Source: Ministeria vibrans ATCC 50519 (lineage: Eukaryota > Protista > Filasterea). Taken from it: a stretch of DNA of 64,000 nucleotides. This document shows positions 41,201 to 52,658 of this stretch, piece by piece. Every line of letters begins with the position of its first letter. The first letter of the stretch is position 1. The stretch covers positions 20,656 through 84,655 of the forward strand of contig CALSCP010001890.1 of the NCBI GenBank assembly GCA_943704425.1, written 5' to 3'. Both the position numbers and the translations under genes were made by a program. A model generated the notes under the pieces. It did not search any database, was not told the origin of the DNA, and saw only the letters and a program-made list of their open reading frames with translations.

Positions 41201-44200
41201 AACCTCTCCCGGGTCGACTCAAGTTGGTTTTCTTGTTCAGTAGCCAGCAACCTGACTATGCTAGACCTCTCGCAGAATCCTCTTCAAAGCATTGATCCAG
41301 ACGCGTTCTCAAGTTTGTCTCGACTGTCGACACTCACTCTGGCGGACTGTCTCCTGACAAGTCTATCTGACGCGTTGTTCAGTCAAAACGTTCACATTAC
41401 GGTTCTTGATTTGTCTGGCAACTTATTGTCGAGTCTGTCGCGGGACGCACTTGCACCGCTCGTTTGGCTGCAGGAATTGATGCTGTCGGAAAACAGCCTC
41501 TCGACAATTGAATGTGGGGCCTTTGACCACAATCAGCAGCTGGCCTATCTTGAACTGAGCGTAAATCATCTCACGAGCTTACCATGCTGCTGGTTTGGCA
41601 ACAGCAGTGATGCTACGCTTTTGTCGCTGACCAGCTTGTCGATCACGAATAATTGGATTCAGAGTATATGTCCCGGTGCTTTTACTGGATTGACTTCTCT
41701 TATCAGTTTGAAGCTTGCCAACAACGAATTGTCTAGTCTCGAACCTGAATCGTTTCTTGGATTGTCGACTTTGGGAGAGTTGAGTCTGTCTGCCAACCGG
41801 TTAGGGGCCCTTGCGCCTGGCGTCTTTGCGCCATTGCGAAGTGTGACATCTCTTTCTCTCTCAAGCAATGCTTTCACTCACCTTGGTCCACGATGGCTCT
41901 TTGGTCTTTCCGCGCTCACGTCCCTTGATCTCTCCTCGAATCCCATCGTGAATGGAATTGATGAGGAAGCGTTTGTTGGCCTTTTTGCACTCTACCAACT
42001 GGACCTTCAACAGTGTCAGCTGCAAGTACCCCTTCCCCCGCTCGTATTTCAGCCTTTTTCCAATACTTTGCGTCGCCTAAACCTTGCGTACAACCAGCTT
42101 TCTGCCGAGGATCTTCCTCGTGGCTTGTTCTGCCCCGCCAACGAAACGGCCAAGTCGATCTACATGCAAGTCGATCTGAGCTTTAATCAGCTGGCCAACA
42201 TGCCTCGTATGATTGGAGATATCTCGCCGGGTCTTCAATCCCTCCAGCTTCAAGCGAACCAGCTTGTCATGTCGAAGATGATGAATTTGTTCGGCGGAGA
42301 CGAGCAATTTCCGTCGTTTCCGGAACTTCAGAGTCTGACCCTCGATAACAATCAACTTGGTGAACTCTCTCCAGAGTCAATGCGCTGGCTATCCTTGACT
42401 GCTGCAACCCTCTACACTCTTTCGGCGCAACGAGCCGGTGTTACTGCAATTCAGGGTGCTGCTTTTTCTGGCGTGCCACAATTGTCCTTACTTATTCTGA
42501 GTGACAACTTTGAGCTGTCATTTCTGTCTGCAAATGCGTTCCAGGGCACCGCCCTTGCGCAACTTCAACTAGTCGCGTGCAACATCTCGTCGCTCCCCGT
42601 CGGCATTTTTGATGGCTTGCCACTTGAATCGGTTCAACTTCAGAAAAACCCACTCGAGTTGCTGCAACCACGTCAGTTTGCTGGACAAAATACCCTGTGG
42701 GTTCTCAATCTTGAGGAATGTCAACTGCAGGCTCTTCCAGAAGATGTGTTTCTTGGCTGCACTGCACTGCAGCAACTTTTTTTGACAAACAATCGACTAG
42801 CATCAATGCCTCTCAATGTGTTTGCTGACTGCCTTTCGCTTCAACAGCTACGCCTGCAAAACAACCAATTGTTGGCTTTGCCAGAACTTCCGGCGACTCT
42901 GGAATCAATCACGCTTGCCACGAACCACCTGACTTCAAGTGGCATTCCTTGCGGCCTGTTTGACAACAAACCGTACTTGAACACCATTGACCTTGCGAAC
43001 AATTGGCTGGATACTCTGAGCTGCACTTGTCCCTTGGCAAAAAATGCGCCTTTGATTACGGGTGTGTTTTTGTCACAGAATCACATCTCCACTGTCTACT
43101 CGTGTGCATTTGTGGGAATGCCGAATCTTCTTTCTCTCGATTTGAGTGGAAATGCACTCACCAATATTCCGGTTATACACGCTCCGTCTCTACGGTATCT
43201 TCTTCTCAACGACAACAACATCACGGCCGTTCAGGGCGACTTGCTACCCTCGTCGTTAATGAACATTCAGCTGGCCGGCAATCAATTGACGAATGCAGCT
43301 AGTTTACTCAATGCAGTGTCGCCACAGCAGTTGAGTGGCCTTCACACCGTATCGCTGTCGCAGAACCTTCTTCAAGGCTCTGTGGCCGTGCCCGAAGGTC
43401 TGAGTGCTGACCTTTCTTCAAATAACATCAGCGATGTGTCCGTTGGCTCTGGGCAGGTGCCCGGGATTGTCGAGTTCTTCAACAATGCATTTCCGCCTCC
43501 TTACTGCCCTCCGGGGACGTACGGGACGTATCCGTCGTGCAACGGCTTTTGCAGCTTTAGTTGCCTGAGTGGCTCCTGTAGTGGGCCCGCTATTGTTGAT
43601 TGTTGCCCAACGAAGAGGACAGGGCCTGGCTGCGCCTACGCCTTTGGTTGTGACGGAGTAACGTGTGCCGATGGTGGAACATGTGTTACCAGTGGCTCTG
43701 GCGGCTCAGATGACTTTCGCTGCGTCTGCGTGAGCGGAATGCTCAGTTACAAGCCCACAAGCTCGCTGGTGCTAGAAACCACCAACATGCCGCTGTGCAT
43801 TGCGGAATGCAACCAAAGCTCGATGTACCAGCTTGGTGATGAGTGCTTTGACTGTGATGACTCGTGCACCAGCGGCTGCAATGGACCACTGCCCTCCAAC
43901 TGCAATGATCCTGCGGCATTAAAACAGCATCGCACAATCGAGGCTGCAATTGGAGCTCTGGTGTGCGTGCTTGTCATTGCCATTGTTGTTGTAGCTTTCA
44001 TTGTTCGTCGTGCACGTTCTCGGCGACAAAAGGAGGCACACGATCACGAATCAAAATATCGAATGCTGCAGGAGTGCTTTGACATGGTATGGAGCATCAA
44101 TTACATGGATGTGCAGTGGGACCGAGTGCTTGCACGCGGGGCCTTTGGCGAAGTGTGGCTTGCTGATTGGTTTGGTCGCACGGTGGCCGTGAAAAAGCTG

Positions 44201-45126
44201 ATGATGCATGTGGCGGAGACGGATGCACAGTCAATCACAGATTTTGAGCAAGAAGTCGCATTTCTGAAGCAGCTTCGCCATCGCAACGTTGTTCTATTCC
44301 ATGGCACGGGCGTTACTCCAAGCGACAGTGGCGATGCGCCGTTTATTGTGCTTGAGTATGATCTAAGTATATGGACGGTATTTGCACTGACTGAGTAGTT
44401 TTCGTGCTGTAGGTACATGAGTCGCGGAAGCCTGCGTGACATTTTAGACGACGAGCATCTTCCTCTGGATTGGGATGTGCGATGCTCGTTGACGTCGGAT
44501 ATTGCTCGTGGGATGGGCTATCTGCACTCGCGCGAGCCACCCATCTTGCACCGCGACCTCAAGGCGCAGAATGTGTTCATTAACGATCGATGGATTGGCA
44601 AGATTGGCGACTTTGGCGAGTCGCGTGTGGTGTCGCGACTACAGCAGGATTTTCTTCATCCCAGCAGCAGTAACACTCGTGTAGACATGTCTGGAGAGTC
44701 GTCGGGCTATGGCATGACTAGCAAAAAGGGCACCATTGGATGGCGGGCTCCAGAGATGGAGAGCGACCACGCCGAGTATGGTCTCAAGTCGGATGTGTAC
44801 AGGTGAGACTTTTTTTTTTCCTTCAGTGTCCCTGAGTATTTGCGTGTGTATACGGTTGTTTGTGTAGCTTTGCCATTACTACATGGGAGATTATCACGCG
44901 GCAACTGCCCTTTGGAGAGTATCCCATGTGGCGCATTCCCAGCGTGGTTCTCGCTGGTACTCGTCCCGCCATCCCCTCCGCCTGCCCCACCGCCCTGCGC
45001 CATGTCATTGAGCTGTGCTGGTCGACCAATCCCGACGAGCGACCCACCTTTGCCGAGGTTGTGCCACTCGTCGACGGTGCCGAGGTTCTTATGGATGCGG
45101 CTCCCGATATCACGTCCAACGTCTGA
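38265..45126 (+). CDS. Giant LRR receptor-like kinase: signal peptide, LRRNT, dozens of LRRs, EGF/furin-like Cys modules, TM helix, TKL Ser/Thr kinase; exons 38265-38505, 38562-44355, 44413-44802, 44868-45126
   Basis: Repeated LxxLxLxxNxL; EGF-like CDGVTCADGGTC...FRCVC; furin-like CFDCDDSCTSGCNGP; TM AAIGALVCVLVIAIVVVAFIV; kinase motifs ARGAFG, VAVK, HRDLKAQN, DFG, WRAPE, RPTF. Confidence 0.93.
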
Positions 45127-45361
45127 GATGAACCTCATTTTTCACTATTATGAGTATTATTATTATTACTCTTTTTTTGCGTTACATTTTTACCTTCATC
45201 TCACAACATCGAAAAACAAAAAGCAATAAAAAAATACTATTAGTCTTATCTTTTCTTGTGATTAAAATAGAAATAAAAAATGTTTATAGTGATTGCATTA
45301 TTATTAATTTAATTCAAATAATTAATTGAAAATGTCTTCTTCTTCTTCTTCAAATAATTCA

Positions 45362-46808
45362 CTACTGTTTCAATGGTTTTGCAATACAATCAAGCTCACA
45401 CAATCGCTCGCGAACCAACGTTTCCAAACAATGAGCTGTTCTCGTACGCGACTCGTGCTCACCAAAACGCGACACCAGATCCCACACGAGAGGCGCATTA
45501 GCATCGTTAGAGACGGGCGTAAGACGATTCACGCCGCACACAACAACCATGGGACAGCCGAGGTCGCGCGCACACTCCGCAACATATGAGACTGCCTTGC
45601 CCTGTGCCGTCTGTGCGTCGTACGAGCCCTCGCCCGACACCACCAGCGCCGCCTGAGCAATGGCCTCCCGCAGTCCCGCACACTCGGCCATCAGCTCAAT
45701 ACCACTCTGCATTTGTGCACCCGCCAGCGCAAACAGTCCTCCGCCAGCGCCTCCCGCCGCTCCACTGCCCCGCATCCCTTGCACATCCACGCCACCTTCC
45801 CGATCCATCAACAGGGCCCGCACTCGCCTCATTCCCTCTTCCAGTCGCACACGCGCTTGCTCGTTTGCAATCCCTTTCTGTTGCCCAAACACGGCTACTG
45901 CCCCCTCGGGGCCCAGAAAGGGGCTCTGTACATCACATGCAACGATAACCTGAGACAAAACAATGTGTCAATTGAACGAATCAATCAAAAACTCGCCTAA
46001 ATAATTAATAAAATTTGTGGCGCTGCACAGCACCTGAATGTGTTTTGGCAAAAGGCAATCCCCGTCAAACGATAGTCGTGAAATATCAGCCAAGTGTCGT
46101 CCACACACTGGTGTGGTAAGAAGCCCCTCGGAGGTTTCAACGCGAAGACCAAGTGCCTAAACGAACACAAAACTCGGCTCAATGACTCCCAAAGTGATGT
46201 GGATTGGCGATTGGCATTGTGCGCACCTGAAGTGCACCGAGACCCGCGTCGTTTGTGGCACTGCCGCCAATACCAAGAATAAGCTTTGAAATGCGTTTGC
46301 CAGTGCCAATGGCGGCGCGGATGAGTTCGCCGAAGCCATAGGTGGTTGTGTTGAGCACATTGCGCTGGTCGGTCGGAACATGTTCCAATCCGGACGCGCG
46401 TGCCAGCTCAACCACGGCAATTCCAGACTCTTCATTGACGCCATACTCTGCTCCTTCAAGTGGCCTGCCTAGTGGGCCCGTCACCGTCATCTGGTGTCTC
46501 TGTAGACTGAGCAAGGGCGCGAGCGACGCCAGGAATCCCTAGCGAGAGACCATTCGTCAAGTTTAACACCAGAGGGAGCGTGCACAGTGCCTCGTGTCGG
46601 TTGTACCTCTCCCCCATCACTTAGTGAAACGCATTGAGACGGACGACTTGCACCTGTACTTGGAGGAAAGTTGCAAGGAGGCGGTCAGGTTTCCGATCAA
46701 GGTCTGTGCGATCGAACCAAGGCCTCGAGCAATCGCAGCATTGACTTCTGCCGCCGACAGTGTGTCCTTGAAAGAATCGCAGGCGATGAGTATGCGTCGT
46801 CGAGCCAT
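45362..46808 (-). CDS. Glycerate kinase, GlxK/GarK (class I) family, multi-exon
   Basis: ILIACDSFKDTLSA; DGGE|GFL; VELARASGL; TTYGFGELI; GIGGSATNDAG; ACDVQSPFLGPEGAVAVFG; GSGAAGGAG; SGEGSYDAQTAQGK. Confidence 0.92.
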
Positions 46809-46996
46809 AAGAATCAATAAAAGTAATGTGATTAACTTGATAACTTCGACGATCAAAAATGCATGATTGTCGAACTCAGTCTGCTTGTTTGTGTCTTTTC
46901 ATTTTCTTTACATGAGCCATTGGCTCATCTGATTGGTTTGGTCTTGTTTCTGCGTTGTTGGATTCTCTCTCTCTCTCTCTCTTTCTCTCTTCCTCT

Positions 46997-48280
46997 GATG
47001 ATCGGGAGACGTAAATGGAGTGCTCTGCTCACTTTGCTTCTTTTTCTTCTTCTCCGCTTTCGAACGGAACGGACGCAGCGACGCTTTGACAATGCGGACG
47101 CCCTCGCGAAGGGTCGCACGCCTGTTGTTGAGGTGGCCTTTCAAGCGGACCCCGACAGTCTCTCCGTTTGCCCGGCGAAGTATCGCATTGCAATGCACAG
47201 TGACTTCGCGTACTACTACGACGTGATCTGGAGACGCGGCGGTCACCAGGCGAGCTTTTTGACGTACTGGCTGGCGCCTGATCTCGACAGCCTCGACGAC
47301 GTCTCGATGGTGTTTCATGACTTTGGCAATCTTGCAGTGCCGCACTCGCGTCCGGCGCACCGTGGCCGCCTCGCCATTGCAGTGGGCCTCATTCGCTTTG
47401 ACTTTGACATTCCTTCGGTGGTTCGCATGCGCCTGTGTGCTGCCATGCAAACGAGTGTGCGTGCGGTGTGCACACGCGTCTCACTTGTTCCCCTTGGACT
47501 CAACGACGAGCTTTTGTGTTTGTGCGCGCGCAGTGCATGCGATCCTCGCCCAGCGCACTCGTTTGGCATGTGTACACTTCTTGTCCATGAGGCACCGTAT
47601 CTTGCCGAATTTTTTGAATATCATCGCCTTCAAGGCTTCACATGGCTGGCTCTGCGCGTCCACCAGAGCCACGATTCAAGCGCGTCGCTTGCGCATCACA
47701 TCCACGCGCACTATCCGCGTGCACTCGACGTGTCGCTCTCGCCCGACATTGACTCTCTCTCTCTTTCTCTTCCGTACCCTGTTCGCTTCCGCTTGCGCAC
47801 CCTCAACGAGTTTGTGCACGCTCAAAAGCTTCATTTCACCGACTGTCTCATTCGCTCGCCCGTACACTTTTGGTAACCGAGTCGGCTTGACATCAACTCA
47901 TTGATTCGGTTGTAGGTACAGTATGTTCTTAACAACGACGTTGACGAATTTCTGGTGGGAAATCTCACGCAGTTAGCACTACTGCTGGAAAGAGTCAATC
48001 GTCCACTGGTTCTCCAATGGATAGTGAGTGAAACACTCTCAAAGTGAGACTCTCAAATAATTGTGCTTTGCACGCATGTGTCTTCTTTGCTTCTGAAGCG
48101 ATTTGCAACGACGCGGAATGAGAGTGCAGCATTGGAACATCAGTCGGACGAGCCGTTGGGTTTTCTGGTGAGCGACGGATACCGCATGCACACTCAGCGC
48201 ATTTACAGTCGTCTGCAATGGCCAGCTGTGGTGCCCGGAGGGAAACTGTGTGTGAGCACAGACTCCCGCGAAGTCTTAAG
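46997..48280 (+). CDS. GT92/GT-A-like type II membrane glycosyltransferase; 3' end uncertain, may splice onto 48597-49087
   Basis: N-terminal anchor KWSALLTLLLFLLL; MCTLLVHEAPYLAEFFEYHRLQGF; QKLHFTDC; exon from 47916 gives YVLNNDVDEFL (DxD motif). Confidence 0.7.
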
Positions 48281-48328
48281 GTGTGACAGTGAGTGCGCGT
48301 GTGCGTGAATATGACACTATGTGTGCCT

Positions 48329-48482
48329 CTCTCTATCACTTTGTCTCTCTATCACTTTGTCTCTATCACTTTGTTTCTCTAACACTTTGTCTCTCTATCA
48401 CTTTGTCTCTCTAACACTTTGTCTCTCTATCACTTTGTCTCTCTATCACTTTGTCTCTCTATCACTTTGTCTCTCTATCACT

Positions 48483-48575
<93 letters not shown>
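48329..48575 (+). repeat. 16-bp minisatellite (ATCACTTTGTCTCTCT), about 10 copies, followed by (CT)n
   Basis: Direct tandem copies, two of them with a TAACAC variant. Confidence 0.9.
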
Positions 48576-48578
<3 letters not shown>

Positions 48579-48596
48579 CTCTGTCTTTCGTTATAG

Positions 48597-49087
48597 TGGT
48601 CTTGAGCTTGCAAGCATTCTGTGCATCTTTTTCGGGCTCATGGACAGCGTTTTACCCCTTGACCATGCCCGACTTCTTGCTATGTTCTTCACCGGGTTCA
48701 TTGGTACAATCAGAAGATTTTTTGTGTGTGCGTTTGTTTTGACACTTTTCGCAGCACTTCTGTCCATCCTCACAGTGATTGCGCCCAATCTCATCTCCAC
48801 ACAACGACTCATTCGCGCGGTCCAACCCGTCGGCTACCTCACATGCTCCGTCGGCATGTTTGTCGCGCTCTTCCACGCCTCCCATTCGTATGCCGCTGTG
48901 CTCGCCTGCTTCTTCCTGGCTGGTATTCATTCCCACTCTTCCCATTGTGTGTACAAAGCAAATAACTCACAAACCGATTGTTTTTTATTGTGCAGTGGGT
49001 CATCTGTTGAGAGTCCAGGGGGTCTTCAATGGAGTCATATTATATGCTGCAGCTGTCGATTGTATCGTTGTGTGTCTCGCAAATTAA
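48597..49087 (+). CDS. Multi-pass membrane exons (C-terminal part of the GT gene or a separate small membrane protein)
   Basis: Three frame-compatible exons with GT-AG introns encode several hydrophobic helices and end ...AAAVDCIVVCLAN*. Confidence 0.5.
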
Positions 49088-49189
49088 ATATAAAAATCCT
49101 GTAAATATTATCCTTTGAAAATTTATTCTCGATAGAAAAGATGGAAATTGGACAATTCAAAATGAATGAATGAATTTCAAAGAATTGTC

Positions 49190-52100
49190 ATGCTGCACTC
49201 TAAGCGATTTGTCAAGAAGACTCGCAAGGGCGGGATCCTTACGACGGTGCGGGAGCACTACCTGCGCGACGACATCGCGTGCAAGAGTGAATCGTGCTTG
49301 ACATGCGACGGAGGCGCTGCAGGCGCCGACCAGAGCGTGCTGGCCCTGCACGGCACGCAGCCCGGCACGTTTGTCGATGCCGACGCGGGGCAGGCGGCAG
49401 GCGCGGCGCAGCGAGGGCACTACATCGTGATCGACACAAACGTCGTCCTCCACCAAATTGACGTGCTCGAACACCCCGCTCTCACCAACGTCATTGTGCC
49501 CCAGACCGTGTTGAACGAGGTACGCGTGCAGGTGTCCGCGCAGACGCACTCCCTTTTGATTCTCATTCGCTTTTTGCGCAGACCAAGCATCGCAATGCGG
49601 CCGCGCACAAACGCCTCCGACAGCTCACGCTGGACCACAAGAAGCGCTTTGTGGTCTTCTCCAACGAGCACCACAAGGACACCTTCTGCTCGCCGCAAGC
49701 CAACGAGTCTCCCAACGACTGCAACGACCGTGCCATTCGTCGCGTTGCCAAGTTCTATGCCGAGCACCTGCGAAGCTCGACGGTGCGCATCATGCTGCTT
49801 ACAGACGATCGTGAGAATGCCAGGCGATGCCGCAACGACTGTCCCGACGTCCTGGCACTCACGACAGCCGAGTATGCGGCACGCAGAGGCGACGATGCTC
49901 CCGAAATGATCGATCTGGTTGCCGAGAGCGACACGACCGCAACCGAAGCATTGCCCGGCAGCGTCGACAACCTCTTTCCCGAGTACCTGTCCACGAGCGA
50001 GGTTGAAGCTGGTCTCTCCGGTGGCTCTTTACTCTGTGGCAAGCTTCACCGCTCGTCTAACAACCTCCACGAGGCGACCGTTGTGGGACCGCGCATTCCC
50101 GTGAGCGTCGGTACTGCCCTCCTCATTGTTGGAGCTCTCCACATGAACCGCGCTGTCGACCGCGACTCCGTTGTTGTACGTCTGCTACCACGCGATCAAT
50201 GGCGTGCTCCCTCAAGTCGCGTGACCCGCGACAAAGTCGCGGTTGCACTACCATCAAACACCTCCCCCACAGACAATGGCGACGATAGCGTCGTCGACGA
50301 CGACGATGATGATGATGACGCTTCCTCCACCATCACGACCACCACAACCGCCGCCGACGATTCGCTGATCTTGCCCACGGGCCGCATTGTTGCTATCCTC
50401 AAGCGTGGCTGGCGCCCCTACAGCGGTGCACTGCTCCCTACCGACCGCACTGGCTCACAGCGCCGTCTCTTCCAGCCTGCAGACAAGTTGGTTCCCCGTA
50501 TCCGCATCCGCACTCGCCAGGGCGCCTCGCTCGAGGGACAAGGCATTGTTGTGGTTATTGACGGTTGGGCTCGAAACGATCGGTACACCATTTGTGTGTG
50601 TGTGTGTGTGTGTGTATGACAAGATAATGTCATTATTATTTATTTATTTTTTTACTTTTTTTTTTCTGCTTTAGATTTCCTCATGGACACTTTGTGCGTC
50701 GATTGGGGGCACTTGGGGAAAAGACGACAGACAACGAGATGCTACTGGTGGAGCACGATGTGCCGGCGTATCCCTTCTCGGAGCGGGTGCTTGCGTGTCT
50801 GCCGCAGCAGCTACCATGGAAGATCAGTCCACGCGACCTTGAAGGGCGTCGCGATCTGCGCTCCGACACGGTTGTGTGCTCGGTAGACCCGCCGGGGTGC
50901 ACAGACATTGACGATGCGCTGCATGCCCGTCGCATGCCTGATGGAAACATTGAAATTGGGGTGCACATTGCAGACGTGACGCACTTTGTGGCGCCCGGAA
51001 CACCTCTTGACGACGAAGCACAGAATCGCTGTACGACTGTGTATCTGACGGACCGCCGCATTGACATGCTACCCTCGCTGCTGGGCACCAATCTATGCTC
51101 GCTCCGTGGCGGCGAAGACCGTCTTGCAGTGTCTGTGTGCTGGCGCATCACGCCTCCGCCCGAGTGTCGTGTCATCTCCGTGGACTGTTTCAAGTCTGCA
51201 ATCTGCTCGCGTGCTGCCCTCACCTACGAGCAGGCACAGACACTCGTGGACACGGGTGCGTGTGGTGCAGCAACCATTGCCGAGGGAGCGGCGAATGCGG
51301 TGGTCGACTCGCTGCGCCTCTTACTCTCTGTGGCGCGTGTGTTGCGCGAGCGTCGCATTGCAGCGGGTGCTCTTGCGCTCGCGTCGAGCGAAGTGCGCTT
51401 TGAAATGGGCGAGGGTGAGGACTCGTCGCCCGTCGGCATCGAGGCCAAGGTGATACGCGACACCAACTTTATGGTTGAGGAGTTCATGTTACTTGCCAAT
51501 GCGACGGTCGCCGAGCGCACCGTGCAGGCATTTGCCGATCGTTCCATGCTGCGACGACACCCTGTGCCGGCACCCGGCGCACTCGAGCCTCTCGTGCGCA
51601 CCGCCGCATCCGTTGGCATTGACATTGACACAACGTCCAACCTGACGCTGGCGCGCAGTCTTGATGCAGCGCCCATGGGCCATGGACACCTATTGCGTAC
51701 GCTTGCGACTCGCTGCATGCAACAGGCGGTGTACGTGTGCAGCGGCATGGAGGCGCGTGCCGCTTGGCACCACTACGGTCTCGCCATGCCCATTTACACG
51801 CACTTCACGTCGCCTATTCGTCGCTATGCCGACGTTGTCGTACACCGCCTTTTGGCCCTCGCCTGTCGCATGCCCACCATCAACCACAACGGCTCGCGTG
51901 CCATCGACACGCCCTTGCCCGAGAAACCCATACTTCACGAGCTTGCCGAACAGATCAACCGACGCCACAAGATGGCACAGTACGCGGGACGTGCGTCCGT
52001 CGCACTTCACTCGTTGCTCTTCTTTCGTGGTCGCTCCGTCGATGAAGACGCCTTTGTCATGCAGTGCCGGCAGAATGCGCTTGTGGTCCTCGTGCCTCGC

Positions 52101-52532
52101 TACGGCCTCGAGGGCTTCATCTGGCTCGCACAAACTCCCGCCGAGGAAGCACGCGTTGAGTTTGCTGGCGAGTCAGTCACCGTCGCGTCCGTCACTGTGC
52201 GCGTCTTTGACCGTGTCCGCGTGCGTCTTTCCGTTGACGAGTCGGGTGTGCTGCTGCGCCGCAAAATGCAATACCAACTGGTAAGGACAGCAACATTATC
52301 AGTTTGTCAGTTTCATTCTTTCTGTCGCTAATATACACTCGAATCGTTCGTTTGTTTTTTTTGCGGTTGTGTTTTTATGTAGCTGTCGCCCGTGATTCCC
52401 GGAGTGAGTCTTGAGCAGGAGTCGAGCGGCAAGAAAAGACCCGCGAGCGAAGATGTCGTTGAAGAAGCGGGGTTGGTCGAGGTGAAGAAAACACCCGAGT
52501 CCAAGAAGAAGCGCAAGCGAGCCAAAAAATGA
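49190..52532 (+). CDS. DIS3: Exosome catalytic subunit DIS3/Rrp44 (PIN + RNB)
   Basis: VREHYLRDDIAC; IDTNVVLHQID; FSNEHH; SVDPPGCTDIDDALH; VEEFMLLAN; HYGLAMPIYTHFTSPIRRYAD. Confidence 0.96.
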
Positions 52533-52658
52533 CAAATTAATTGTTGTATAAAAATTACTATTTTTTTTTTTCATATCTCTCTCGCGTGTTTCTCTCTCTC
52601 ATCACTTTATTTCTCATCAAGAATAATCCGACTGAGTCTCTCTTTTCCTTCATTCTCT

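Noticed and set aside
48329-48490. Regular repeat array considered as a CRISPR
   Set aside because: Units are contiguous with no unique spacers, the context is a eukaryotic intron, and there are no cas genes
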